A stretch of 58,425 nucleotides of DNA, counting the filler, from Thelocarpon superellum (taxonomy: Eukaryota), in NCBI GenBank assembly GCA_026025795.1. It is 4 parts of 4 records of this genome, joined end to end, with 100 filler letters (N's around TTAATTAATTAA, not from the genome) between each part and the next. Parts side by side here need not be neighbours in the genome. Positions count along the whole stretch, not along the records: positions 1 to 14,596 come from JAPEUG010000428.1; 3 more parts are not named here. One strand, written 5' to 3'. Positions within the stretch are counted from its first letter, which is position 1; every line of letters starts with the position of its first letter. Positions 1 to 12,387 of the stretch are shown one piece after another. Below the pieces are notes generated by a model. The model was not told the DNA's origin. It was given only the letters and a program-made list of their open reading frames with translations, and ran no database searches. A program made the translations under genes and the position numbers.

Positions 1-159
1 TGTATCTGATAGACTCAGGCGCCAAGGAAACACGAGCAGATAGGAGTGGATGGATGGTGTGGTCACCGGGGATATCCACCGTCGTCATCTTCACACTCCC
101 CCTCTGTACGCTCTCGCGGTAGTTGAGAAATCACGCCCTGCCCATCGAAAGTTCTCACA

Positions 160-1260
160 ATGGTGCGCACACACGCCGACTGGAATCCCGACCGTACCGG
201 GGTCGAAGTTGTCCTCGCCCACGCCTCGTGTGAGTGCGCCGACCTGGAGCGTCTCAGCGGCGGCTACACGAACTTCACCTACCAAGGGACACTGAGACGA
301 CCCAGTCCAGATGGTAGCAAAACTGTCCTCATCAAGCATGCCAAAGATCCCGTTGGCGTTGGCTTTTCCCTCTGTTCCTTTTGTAGCGTACGTCGATCTC
401 TGTTCTCCCACGTCGAGATGGAAGACACTGGTATCCATTTGCAGATCACAGCGCGCCTCTAATTTCCAACAGCACTATGAACACATCCTCTTGATTGAGC
501 GCGTGCCATCGGTCTCCCACACCCTCGATGGGGTGACGACGACCGTCCGAAACCCGCAATCTCTTCATCGCTTTTCCGCCTCGAACGTCCTGGCGACTGA
601 ATTCCTCCCCCTGTCGGTCAAACTAAACGCTCTCCTGTTCGGAACCTCGTGCACGGATCGATATGCCCGTCGAGTTGGGACGGCGTTGGGAACCTGGACG
701 AGGGATTTCCATGGGCGGGGTCGACGACCTGAACAGTCCAGTCTTCGACAGGAAGTGGGGAAGCATCAACAGGCCGCGTCCCTCAAGTATGGCATCAAGT
801 ATGGGGGTCTGGAGACGAGCATCGACCTCTTCCCCGATCTACTAGCAGGCTACCGGGACCTTGTGCATGGTGTGTGCCGCCGGATGAAGGCCCTGGCGAC
901 AAGAGCGACGAGCTCATCCACGGTGATCTACGGACGGAAAAGGTAGCTCAATGGTCCGTCATTCAAGACGGATACTGCCGTAGTTCAAATCGCTTATGAC
1001 AGTAGCGCTCTGCTCCCACGATCAGCATCCGAGGTTGAGGAGCGACAAGTTGTCATCATTCCTTGGGAGCTATGCCAAATCTCATCTATTGTCTTCGATC
1101 TCGGCCAGATGCTCGCCGAACTATATCGTCCCTACCACTTTCGCAATTCGCAGCCCAGCTTGGTTCTCATCGACGAGTTCCTCAAGGCATATGGGCACCT
1201 GGAACTGTCGCAACCGTTCGACGTCCTGATTTAATGTGGGGCTCATCTGGTGGTCTTGCC
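160..1260 (+). pseudogene. Degenerate APH/choline-kinase-like phosphotransferase
   Basis: N-terminal LSGGYTNFTYQG..TVLIKHA (ORF 160). The ELIHGDL catalytic motif at ~910-930 is in a different frame from ORF 311..946. The C-terminal IIPWELCQ..FDLGQMLAELY block (DWE changed to PWE) is followed by a premature TAA at ~1232. Confidence 0.7.
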
Positions 1261-1929
1261 GCCGCGTGTCACGGACGTATGGGAGGCTTGATAGCGTCAC
1301 ATGACTTTGTCACGTGACGCTATCACTACTGTATATGAGCGTAGTTAGCTAGCTAAGTAAATGAAGCATCTTACAACCCCACGAGATCCGCCCACAGGCG
1401 TAATACGGCGTGTCGGAGGATGAGGGTCGGAGAGTCAAATTCGGGGCTGTGTTGAGTTTGGAAGAGATCTCGGCTCCAATGCTTCCGCTGGCAATTGGGA
1501 CTGGTTCCAAGTCGGCCCACTCAAGATGCTCTTCCTCTAGTCACGCCAGATACATGCACTTACCACCTCCGTCCTTAGCTGTAAAGCCGTTGGGAAAAGT
1601 TGCGGTGAATTGGATGGTATTCGCTGGCCTGGCCCAATGCTGAACTGCACTTGACCGTCCTCGGACGTCGGGATTGCGGATGATGAAATCCGACGGGGTG
1701 TTACTCACATCATCAACAGAGCCACCGGCAAAGTATTACTCATGTCACCAACAGAGCGACGTGGAGCTCAACAAGGCTGTCGAGAACATTGATCGCCGTC
1801 AATTTCAATCCTTGAACTGGCGAGCTTCTTTCTCCCATCCCATCCTTTCTCCATATCCTCATCTCACTTTCCTGCTTCCTCTGAATCCTCATCTCACATT
1901 CCCGCTGCCTGTGAACGCAACCGCTCGTT

Positions 1930-2936
1930 ATGTCGTTGGAGGACTCCACTTCGGTCCCGCCGCCGGTCGAACAAGCAAAGTTCGGTTCTCACCCGCGTAT
2001 GCATGGCCGAGATGACCAGATCGTGGATCACCTGCAGTCACCGCTGTGGAAGCTTCCGCTGGAGCTACGGCGGATGATATACGTCGAGGTGCTGACGAGC
2101 ACGTCGCCGTTGCACCTTATGAGGGGGTCGAATCGCGACCGCAGGAATCGAGACAAGATAAGCCTCCAAAGGTTCAACAATGATTGGGAGGATGAATTCT
2201 GGGAGAGGCATTGGGACTCGTCGTGGTTCTTATTACCTTGCTATGCATCTTTCTTTCCGCGTTACGGACGGCCTGCGCATCTCGTGGCGCTCGTACTGAC
2301 ATGCCGTCGGATGTCGGTGGTCTTGGAGATGAGAGCCCTGTTTCTGTCCTGTGCTGACGCTATTTCAGATACAACGAGACGGCCGACATCGTATTCCGTC
2401 AGAACTCCTTCTCCGCGCAAGATTTACATACGGTGATCTCTCTCCCGCAAGCCATCTTGCCCCAACATCTCAACATGATTCGAAGTTTGCAACTCGAATT
2501 TCTCGAGGCATATCCATTCATTCCCGAAGACACGCCCCCTTGGACGCCAGAAGACGACGACGTCGCTATCCTTGAGTGGATCGAACGGCTTGATGTGGTC
2601 TCCGAGCCCGATTCGTCCTCAGAGGATGACTCGAGCACAGAGGACGGCCTCGATCCCCGCCAGGACGTCACAAGCTGGGGCCAAGCTTGGGAAATCATTG
2701 CCGGTCTGAAGAGCCTTCGCACCCTTCTTGTTCGTCTCAGGTTCTGGAAAGACTACAAGGCCGAAACGGAACGCCGCATCCTGGAGCCGCTGATGGCGGT
2801 TCGACAAACGCACACGTTCCACTTGGCGGTGTCCTGGCCTACACCTGAGAACGCATCTGCGGAAGGCCTCGGAGACGTCCCGTTTCAGATCAAGAGAGAA
2901 ATCCGTTGTGAACGAACATGTCCTATCTGCATATAA
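1930..2936 (+). CDS. Hypothetical protein with F-box-like start (DUF7730-like), 2 exons
   Basis: QSPLWKLPLELRRMIYVEVL motif. A GT..GCTGAC..CAG intron at 2313-2368 restores LTCRR-IYNETADI and joins the frame of ORF 2433..2936. Confidence 0.7.
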
Positions 2937-3568
2937 GATAGTTAGTCAACAGAAGGTGTGAGGTTACTCTGCGCAGACGCTTCACGCAGTCGTGATGACC
3001 GGTTGATTGCACGAGCGGGGAGGATGGAAGGTCATGTCTTCTGACCAATCTTTAGTCTGGAAGCCCCCTGACAGGCGTTCGCCTGGCGGTATGTTACTGG
3101 TTGCACCAGGTCTCGCTCAACGCACGTGATGTCGTTAGCGCCTATGGTCGTAGAGTCACGTGCACGCCTTTGTACGCGCCGAACAATCTAGGATTATCAT
3201 GAATATGGTAACATAGCGTTAGCACAATCCATGAGATAGCGCCTCCTCGATCTTAGGTGATTGAGGGATGACTCTCCTTGCGACAGAATGACAGTGGCAA
3301 GAGTGTGCCCAAGGCGTGATGCTCATGATACCTGCTCCACACCAGAGCTTCGATCGGATCCTACTCCGAGTTGATCGCTGATTGTTGGCTATGAACGCTC
3401 AGGTCCCGGGGACCGCAAGAATCCCTCCTCTGTAGAGATTGAATCATCCAAGCCAGCAGATGACAGCGTCAAGTGTGAACTCTTATTCACGGCATCCAAG
3501 CGTCACCAATCCGTGTCCTGTATCTCTTCTCGTACCTCTCAATCTGGCTCCAGGCTGGGCTGTCGACG

Positions 3569-5505
3569 ATGGAGATCTCGGCCACTTCAACATCTCCGTA
3601 CACCGTCCTCTTCCTCTTCATTCTCTTTGCATCTGTTTCGGCCATTTGGCCCTTACCCACGACGTATACGCACGGGAGCGAGGTGATATGGCTGTCGAGA
3701 GATGTACCCGTCACGGTTCATTCGGCCGACTCGCAAAGATTCACGTCCAATCTCCCAAACTTCGACGAGTATGTCCCAACCGTGGAACGACCGGATGCTG
3801 ACGGCGGCTAATGTCAACAGCAACACCACTTTTCGAAAACGTACGCTGGGCTCGGGGGAAGAGATCGTGCATGATGCAATTCATCGAACTCAGCGCGCCA
3901 TCTTCACACAGAGCATTGTGCCGTGGAAGTTTTACCCGCGCAACGCGGATTTCGAGCCGCCCATGGGTCCATCGAAGAGACAGATCCACTCGATTGTGAT
4001 TGTCCAGAATGGCACGGATGCTGAGGGTGCGGGCGCAGCAGGGCCAGGAGCCGTGGACGAATCGTATACCCTTCGCATCACCACAGACGGACGGGTAGAG
4101 ATGACGGCCGCGACATCGGTGGGCGTGCTACGAGCCCTGGAGACATTCACCCAGCTTTTCTTCCAACACTCGCAAGACCAGAGCGATGTATATTCGAACC
4201 TGATTCCAGTCGAGATCCACGACTCGCCCAAGTTCGCGCACCGTGGGCTGAATCTTGACCTGGCGCGGAACTGGATTCCTGTGCCCGACGTCCTACGAAC
4301 CATTGACGCTCTGGCATGGAACAAATTCAACCGGCTCCATCTGCACATGACCGACTCCCAGTCGTGGCCTCTTGAAATCCCCGCCCTACCTGAGCTAGCG
4401 GCGAAAGGGGCCTATCGAAAAGACCTCACCTACAGCCCTGCAGACCTCGAGCAGATGCAGTTCTACGCGCACGCGCGGGGGGTGGAAGTGATTGTGGAAA
4501 TCGATATGCCAGGCCACATGGGATCGATCGCGCTCAGTGCGCCGGAGTTGATTGCGGCATTCGACATGCAGCCCGACTGGCGGACGTATTCCGCCGAGCC
4601 TCCGTCGGGGCAAATCAAGCTCAACCACCCAGCGGCCTTCACGTTCCTGGACACACTCCTCGACGACCTCCTTCCGCGCCTCGCCCCACACGGCGCCTAC
4701 TTCCACACCGGAGGCGACGAAGTCAATGCAAATGCGTACCTCTTCGATGAAACGGTCAAGTCGAACGCCACGGCCGTGATCAAGCCGCTGCTCCAGAAAT
4801 TCCTCGACCATGTCCACGCCACAGTCCGCAATCACGGCCTCGTCCCTATGGTGTGGGAGGAGATGCTGCTCGAGTGGAACTTGACCCTTGGCTCGGACGT
4901 GGTCGTTCAGACATGGCGAAGCAGCGAAGCAGTCCTAGCCACGGTGCAGAAGGGACACAAAGCCTTGGTGGGGAATTACAATTACTGGGTACTCGTCTCT
5001 CTTCCCGCCTCTTCCGCCTCTCGTGGAACCACCACGGACTGACTGCTCCGCGGGGAAATAGTACCTAGACTGCGGCCGAGGCCAGTGGCTCTCGCCGCGC
5101 GCCAACGCCAACTCGACAGACATACCATCGCCAATCCACGCGCCGTACGCAGACTACTGCTCGCCCTCGAAGTCATGGCGGCAGATCTACGCTTACGACC
5201 CACTGGACTCCATCCCGCCTGATCTGGCCCATTTGGTGATGGGCGGCGAGGTGCATATCTGGGCCGAGCTCACGGACGCGACTAATCTGGACGAGATGGT
5301 TTGGCCGCGTGCTGCTGCTGCTGCGGAGGTGCTGTGGAGTGGGCGGCGGCGGGGGGCGGAGGAGCAGGCGGGGGAGAAGAGAATGTTGAATGCGGCCCCG
5401 CGCTTAGCCCTGTGGCGAGAAAGACTGGTGCAGAGGGGAATAAGGGCCGGGCCGGTCCAGATGGTCTGGTGTACGCAACATCCTGCATCCTCGTGCGCTC
5501 TGTGA
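3569..5505 (+). CDS. Secreted beta-N-acetylhexosaminidase, GH20
   Basis: Signal peptide followed by AIWPLP. Motifs DESY, HRGLNLD, HLHMTDSQSW, EIDMPGH, catalytic HTGGDE, YLDCGRG, VWPRAAAAAEVLW. Introns at ~3769-3820 and ~4989-5061. Confidence 0.95.
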
Positions 5506-5665
5506 CTGCTTGAGACATGCGTGCCTATTCTACGTTACATATAGTCATTGCTTACATTGCCTGCACACATTGCGAATCGCACCTTAATCCTCCCTCCGTA
5601 CTTCCACACGTGAACATGAACATGAACATGGACATGAGCAAAATCCCACACCCGCTCGTACCCTC

Positions 5666-7451
5666 TCAAACTTTCTCCTTCCCGCCCTGGCCCTTACCAA
5701 CTGCCGCTCCCTCCGGCCACATCCGCACCATGAGTGGCACAGCGGGCTGTAGCGTAATATTACTCATCATGGGCATGTCCTTGTCCTGAGGCCAGCTGCC
5801 CTCGATGCGCTCGAAGCGCTGTAGGATGCGGGTGATGGTATACCCCATTTCGGCCAGGGCGAACTGCTGGCCGATGCAGATGCGAGGGCCGCCGTTGAAC
5901 GGGATGTACTGCCATGGTTTGGGCGTCCAGTGGTCCCATCTCTCCGGGCTGAATTGGTCGTGCGGCGCAAAGGTTGCCGATGGCGGCGGATACAGGTCGG
6001 CGCGCCGCTGCATGAGGATCGTCGAGTACGCGATCGGCGTGTCTTTGAGAATGCCAAGCGGTTGGTCTCCGTCCGGGCCCCCGCCGCGAGGGAGCGTGGT
6101 GTCGTGGAGGGCAAGGCGCACGTTGAAGGGCAGGACGGGAAAGATACGCATCGTCTCGCTCAGCGTGTGTTGGAGGTACTTCATCGCCTTCAGGTCGTCG
6201 TACGTTGGTTGTCGGTTGGGCCCGAGCCGGGTCAGGATCTCGTGGCGGAGCTTCTTGAGCACGGCCGGGTGCCGCGACAAGAGAAAGAACGTCCAGCTTA
6301 GGATGGCAGAGGTCGAGTCCTGTATTGTTTGTTAGTGTCGTCGGCTCGTGTTTGGGGAAGCGTAAGACTGACTCGTCCAGCTAGCAAGACGGCAATTAAT
6401 TGGTCTCGAATCACTTTGCGGTCGCGAGTGAAGGTCGCCAGGGCGTGAAGAAAGGTATAGCCTTCATCCGATTTGTGCTTCTCCAGCTCCCCCGGCGGTA
6501 GGGAAAGGGTGAAGTCGATGTATGGATTGAGGAATTCATCGATGGTTTTCACTTGTTCGAGGAGCGGCCCACGCGGGACAAAGAGCTTCAGCGGGCTAGT
6601 GAAGGTGGTCAGCTATCTCCTCTTGGTACCACGGTCCTGGTCTCACCCTGCTCGGCTGAGGATGCTCTGGAGTCGCTGAGCCTCGGTGAAGGCGATGCTA
6701 AATTTAACCTGGGCGCTCTTTGTTAGGAGCCAAAGGGAGCCAGGAAGACGAGGGGCGAACCAACCTGAGGATTATCAAGACTCTCCACACTGTGCCCCAG
6801 CAGATAGTCCGTTGACGCATCGAGAGTAAATCGGGCGAGGAGAGAAGCAAGGTCAATCTCATGGCCCTCGTTGCCAACGATGTGCAGCATCTTATCCACA
6901 TGCTTCTCGAATAACATCAAGTCGCTGACGCGGTCCTTGATGAACATGGGACGGAGCAGCTGTCGACTTTGGTGCCACTGCTCCAGATCGGTGGTGAAGA
7001 TGGAGTCGCCCAGAAAGTCGTGCCATTCTTGTCGGAAGGGCTCCCCCTTGCCATAGTCCTGGAACTGCGAGGCCAGGATGGCTTTGATGTTCTCCGGATC
7101 ACTCGTCATGATCACCCGGTTCAACAACGGTCGGATCTCGACCGTATGAATGCCGCCATGGAGATATCGCGACCAGAACTCGACGTTCTGGTTATTCTTG
7201 AGGGCCGATAAGGCGTTGTAGATGAAATCGAGTCCTTTCATCCATCAGCGTAGGGCTTGACATTCGACGAACAGGCTATTCGAAAGCATACCTCCGGGCC
7301 ACTGAGGGATGTTGGGGGCATTGCTCCCCAGCACTCGGATCCGTCGGTCTTTGAGAATACGGGTGGTTACGGCCCACAGCGCGAGGAGCACGAAGCCAAG
7401 CACGGGAAGAGACCAGACGGACGTGCGCTGTACGATGTGTTCGGTCAACAT
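5666..7451 (-). CDS. Cytochrome P450, CYP52 clan (alkane/fatty-acid hydroxylase-like), 5 exons
   Basis: N-terminal TM anchor, DPENIKAILA, LGDSIFTTD, I-helix AGRDST, ExxR (ETMR), TTLPRGGG, PERW, heme motif FNGGPRICIG. Four canonical introns. Confidence 0.93.
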
Positions 7452-8318
7452 CTTGGCCAAGGTCAAGCAACGGCCTCGACGCGATGGGCGGGGTGCTTCT
7501 CCAGGACCGACGGGCAACTATATTGCTTTGGCCAGGAAGGACGCAGAGCAAGGCCAAAGGTGGGGATACAAGTATTGGAACGGAGTAGGGGGAAAGCTGA
7601 CACCGTATCTTGCGGCACATGTTGTGGGGGAATTCCGTCCCGATCGTTTCATGACCCATCCTTCGGTACGGGAGTGCTTGTATGCCCCACGTCCCGGACT
7701 TTGGCCCATCCACAGGGCCGAGGGTCGAGTAGGGCCTAGCGCCGCGCACGCAACGGCGTCCAGCAGCGCTCGGCGTGGTACGAGTATAGTTCGGACGAGA
7801 TGACTACTCACCAAAGTCCGGTTAGGGTTGGCTTTAGGCGCGTGTCGGGTCGCCTGCAAGCTGAGTAGGTAATCAGCGCTCCTCAGTCTTCTTGAACGAG
7901 GCCCGGATGTCGACCTTGTTCCTCACGTGAGATTCATTGGATCTACAGGCATCGCAGTACTGCTGTCCTGCAACTGCTATCGTACCCAATGGACATCTCC
8001 AGCGACACATCACATGACGATACTTTGTACTTGTCTTGGCATGACGTAGAATGTGGATCGATGTCGACTGACGCGGACTGATGGACGAGGTACTTTGTAC
8101 TGGTCTTGTCATTCTCTTCATGGATTACCTACTGTGATGCGCTCCATCAAGGTGGAGGATGATCGTGACCCGCCCAGAATCCAGTCGCCGGCCCATCCGT
8201 TCCACCGTCAACTGTCCGTTGAATGCCCGGCCCAATGAATCGCCCGTGTCCCTCGGTCGCTAAAAGTCCACGCAAAACGAACACAAATGCCCGATGGCTC
8301 GACTCCGAAGATGTACAA

Positions 8319-9902
8319 TTACAGCAGAAGCAGCGCACCCACGGTAAGCCCAATCGCCACCAGAAAGGCCCGATCAGCCTGCCCCCTCGACACGCCACTG
8401 GTCGTGACCATGATCGGCGATGACGATGGAGACACGGTGGTGTTGGAGCCCGCTTGATCGGCGTAGGCCGTGCTGAGCGTCGTGGCGGGGGCCGGCGCGG
8501 CCATGCCCGTCGGCTCAGGCGCGTAGGGGGCGTTGGTGATGGGGAAGCTTGGGGTGTTGTAGGCCGGGCCGTTCGCGCCGCCTTGCGGGCTGGCGGGGGC
8601 GGCCGAGGGAGCGCCTTCAGCCGCTGCCGCTCCATAGGCAGACGAAACCGGCCACGAAGACCAAGAGCCAGCGGGGAGGCTTGTGGACGGCAACTATGAG
8701 AGGGATGTTAGTCACGAGTTCTCCACTGCGCACGCGAGAGGGGGCCAGGGTCGCTCACTCACAGTAGCCGAGCTAGGCGGCTGCACTTTGCCAGAGCTCG
8801 ACACCGTCCAGCCACTGGGGAGTCCGGGAAGAGCGGTGGTAGTGGCCGTGCCAGCGGAAGCAGACGAGGCTTGCGATACCCAGGGGTAAATGGAGGGCGT
8901 GGAAAAGGTGGAGGTGGTGTCGAGGTGATTGCCCGAGAAGGGGAAAGGGATCGACGGCGAAGCCGAGGTGATGGCCGGGGCCGCCGACGCGGACGCCTCC
9001 GTGGGAGGGGCGTCCGACCCAGAGCCGGAGGGATTGACCTTCCCGCCAGCGGCCTGGACGGATTGCCATGTCCCATCGGTGCCACCGTACGTGTATTGCG
9101 TGCCGGTCGAGTAGTCCGTCACTTTGATCGACTTGACCTGCATCGTGTAGGGACCAGCCGCGTAGTTGGTCGAGCCGCCCGCCCATTCTGTCATGGCTGG
9201 TTAGCGGGAGTGATGCCGGAGGGGACGAGAGGGAGAAAACGCACGGATGGTGCCCGGGGCATTGGAGGAATCACCGCCACTCCAGGCGCCAATCTTGATC
9301 TGCATCGGCGTCTGCGGGTACTGGCCCGCGGCGGCCGCGGACGTGAGGGTGCGCACGGTGCTCCCGTCGATCTGCCACTCGATCTGATCGGCGGTCCAGT
9401 CGACGGCGTAGGTCTTGAAGCCCGACTGGTTGTCCGGGTCGGCGTGGAAGGCGCCCCGGTTGTAGGAGCCCGTTTGGCCTTTGCCGAAGTAGTTACTCTG
9501 CACTTGCGACGCATCCGCGCCCAGCCACTCCCAGTCGATCTCGTCGAGGTCGTCCGACTCCAGCACGGAGGAGCTGACGATGCCCACGCCCGGCGCCGCC
9601 TTCAGGGACACTTCGACGTTGCCGAACATGATGTAGAATTTGCTGAGAATGGTCGGGGCGTCCCCAGACTTGGCGATGGTGAAGGAGGCGCCGTTGGAGT
9701 CATACGTCGGGTTGCCCGTCGACGTGAACATGTCCGACGCACCCTGAGTGAAGTCGATGGTGGCCGATTTGCCAAGCGCTGGGTCGGGCGGGCAGCTGCT
9801 CGAGGTCAGGGGGTTGCATTTTGACGAGGTTTGTGCCGACACGGGCGAGAGAACCGCCGCCACGGCTACCGCCACCGCGAACAACGTCTGTGAAGCGCTC
9901 AT
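8319..9902 (-). CDS. GPI-anchored GH16 chitin/glucan transglycosylase (Crh1/Crf1 family)
   Basis: Signal peptide, CNPL..CP.DPALG, catalytic DEIDWE, QSNYFGKG, YPQTPM, GAWSGGD, Ser/Thr-rich stalk and hydrophobic C-terminus. Introns at 9188-9244 and 8694-8762 (alternative donor at 8758). Confidence 0.95.
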
Positions 9903-11294
9903 GGTGGTGGGAGTGTGGAGGGGCAAGACGATGCCAGGGAGCCGAGCAGTAGAGACGCAAGGGTCACAAGAGAGGTCCCTTGCAGATGCTCAGCGTGGGT
10001 CACGATCACGTCCACTCCGTGGCATGGAGGTGAGGTGGCAGATGGGTAAAGGGTACGTTGTAAATGGGCGATGGAGAGGTGTGGAAGAGTGGGGCGGAAG
10101 AAATATGGAAGAATGCAGGTGCACGGGAGGTCTTAAAGACAGCGAAGAGCGATGCTAAGCACCGCCCAGCCTCCTGCGAAGTCCGGTGGGTGCTGGGCGA
10201 GGCGAAAGGGGGGAGGAAAAAGTGACGATGTCGGCGCCCGGCGGAAACACGAAGGCTGACCCCCAAGCAATTCCACCCTCGGCACCTCCGCTGATTGGCC
10301 GGCGCAAGCGTTTAATCTCGGCAATTCTCCGACGGGCACGGGGACAGAGGGCGGGAGACGGCCTCGGCCATTGTCTGGGTCGGATTACATGTCAACGCGG
10401 AAGCTTTGGGCCGCGGTCTGGCGGTGGCTGGACCACTACGAAATACCGGGGGGAGGAGAGGCTGAAGACCAGCCGCCGAACTTCCGTCTGCCAGCTAGTA
10501 ATAAAGTAAACAGATGGCGGGGTCGGGGCGGGCCCTGGTCGCTAGTGCGACCCTCTAGCACTAGTTCGCCAGGGTCGCTTGCCTGACCGATTCCCCGCTA
10601 GGAGTGAGTCCGAATGGCGTACGCGAGACAAGCGACCGGCTGGCGCCTTCGGCCCCAGCTCGAGCCACACACATTTCCTTCCATGCTCCATCTCCGCCAC
10701 TTCCCCCTCGACGATGGACCGACCGGATTGGGCGAACAAGCGCCCCTCTTGACATTTCCAGGAGACTGCACCGCAGATCGATCGTCGGAAGCGACGTCGA
10801 CGGCCCGGAAGGCCCGCATGGTGCATATGCAGGCTCCATGTTGCGCCGGGAGCATCCTCCGGCCGCCGTCGCCTGCACGGGCCCGACTCCGTGGGCTGGG
10901 CACCACGCGACCGGGTTGGACCGGAGAGATTTGGCGTACGCGTCTCCTCATCAACAGGAGTCGTGAGGCCGCCTCGGCGAGAGATTTCTGGCAATGAAAA
11001 TGGGAAATGCAGCTCTGGCGATGACTCGTGAGTGGCCCTTACGCCGGTCTTTCTTTACTCCGTCGTCTCGCCGCGCCGCGGTCGTCGGACGTGTACACGA
11101 AAACGACGAAGTACTCGTAGCGACCGTACATGGTTTGATTCCAGCTAGCCCCTATAATAAGAGGCGGACATCAGTCTTCGCACCCCAAATTAAACCACTG
11201 GAGAATGAGACACTTATTGTGCTTAGAGGCCCCATGCTACTTTGAATATCTACACTGATAAAACTACTCGGACACGCGTTGTGGGCCGCTAACC

Positions 11295-11650
11295 GGATCG
11301 CCCGACCGCGTAACACCTTCGGCCATGTTGATGACCTGCCGAAACGATTGAGTGCTGTTCACAAGTTGACTGCCGACCATCGCTCGAATGATCGTGTTGT
11401 CGAGGCCGGTGATAATGGCGTCGGCCACGTCGTCGTTCAGCTTGGCGGGCAGGTATCGTCAGACATCTCGTGCCGACTTGAGCTGATCTTTGAGTGCTCG
11501 ACCCTCTTGCTTGTTCTCAGCGATATCTCGGATAGCCCGCTTTCGCATCTTGCGCCTCTCCTCGCGTATAAATCGCTCAATGAGGGCACTTGTCAGGCGG
11601 CCCACCTCTCTCTCACCTTGTCACCCAAAGCCATGACGAACCGTATCGCA
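11295..11650 (-). mobile_element. Degenerate retrotransposon gag-like fragment
   Basis: Minus-strand translation AIRFVMALGDKVRERW-(frameshift)-LTSALIERFIREE..KQEGRALKD..ARDV*RYLP..AIITGLDN resembles the capsid pattern W..L..AL..RF / Q..R / I.GL. It carries a frameshift and an in-frame stop. Confidence 0.5.
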
Positions 11651-11660
11651 ATTGAGAGTA

Positions 11661-12387
11661 CTCCAGACAACCTACTCAGTATACAGAAGAGCCCCTATTA
11701 GCTGTGCTCAGCAAACGGGGGGGGCCCTATTAGTCACGCGTGTGTGCTAGCATATCCTCGGATTTGTCGAGCGCCTCCTGCGTCTCGTATATGCTCCTCC
11801 ATTCCTCCTCCACCATCTCCTCCCCCCTCTTCCTCCCCCCTCCCAAGGTTCCTTCTGGCGAGTTCCAAACGGCATACAACGACTTGATGGCAAAACTTCA
11901 TTTGGCCTATTTGAGGAGGTTGCCATCAACTCGTTGTATGCCGTTTGGAACTCGCCAGAAGGAACCTTGGGGGTGTTGCTCGCTCTAAGCGTGCCATACC
12001 CAGAGACAATCGTTGAGAGTTCGATTGTTTGGAATAGGTGGCCTCGCCAAACCTGTTGGTAGAGATCGAAGGACACACCATAGACAAGCTTGTACTCGCT
12101 CTTGTCAGCTCGCAACTTTGAAGAAAAGAGATGTGCGAGTTGTGAGGCTGGGGAGCCTGTAACTCATCACAGGTTTGCACCGACCACGCCCATTACTTGT
12201 ACCAGCACATGGGTACTGCTAATGGGGGCTCTCCCAAATCCTGAGCACAGCTTGTGGCGCCCTCCCTGTTTACCAAGCTTAGTTAACGGGGGCTCTATCA
12301 GATACTAAGCATAGCTTATGGCATTCCCCCAGATTACTGAGCATAGTCTCTGGGGACTTCCCTGTACACTGAGTGGGTAGCCCGGAG
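11661..12387. mobile_element. Non-autonomous DNA transposon/MITE relic (Tc1/mariner-like ends)
   Basis: Ends read TA|CTCC...GGAG|TA. Imperfect TIRs match 21/26 at the termini, with weaker similarity to ~70 bp. Subterminal CTGAGCAYAG-like repeats at 12241, 12305, 12337 and inverted at 11700. Confidence 0.6.
11842..11971. repeat. Near-perfect inverted repeat (52-bp arms, 1 mismatch, 26-nt loop)
   Basis: 11842-11893 CCCAAGGTTCC...GATGGCAA is the reverse complement of 11920-11971. Confidence 0.97.

Noticed and set aside
940..1000. tRNA-like A box (TAGCTCAATGG), a CCGTC/GACGG stem with TCA in the loop, and GTTCAAATC
   Set aside because: No acceptor, D or T stem pairing, the loop is 6 nt, and it coincides with the likely GT..AG intron of the kinase pseudogene.
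7873..8121. Small Cys-containing ORF (CRWRC..CDAC)
   Set aside because: No signal peptide or recognisable family; it lies just downstream of the Crh gene and cannot be supported without expression data.
3569..9902. GH20 + P450 + GH16 as a possible gene cluster
   Set aside because: No backbone enzyme, transporter or regulator, and no evidence of co-regulation.
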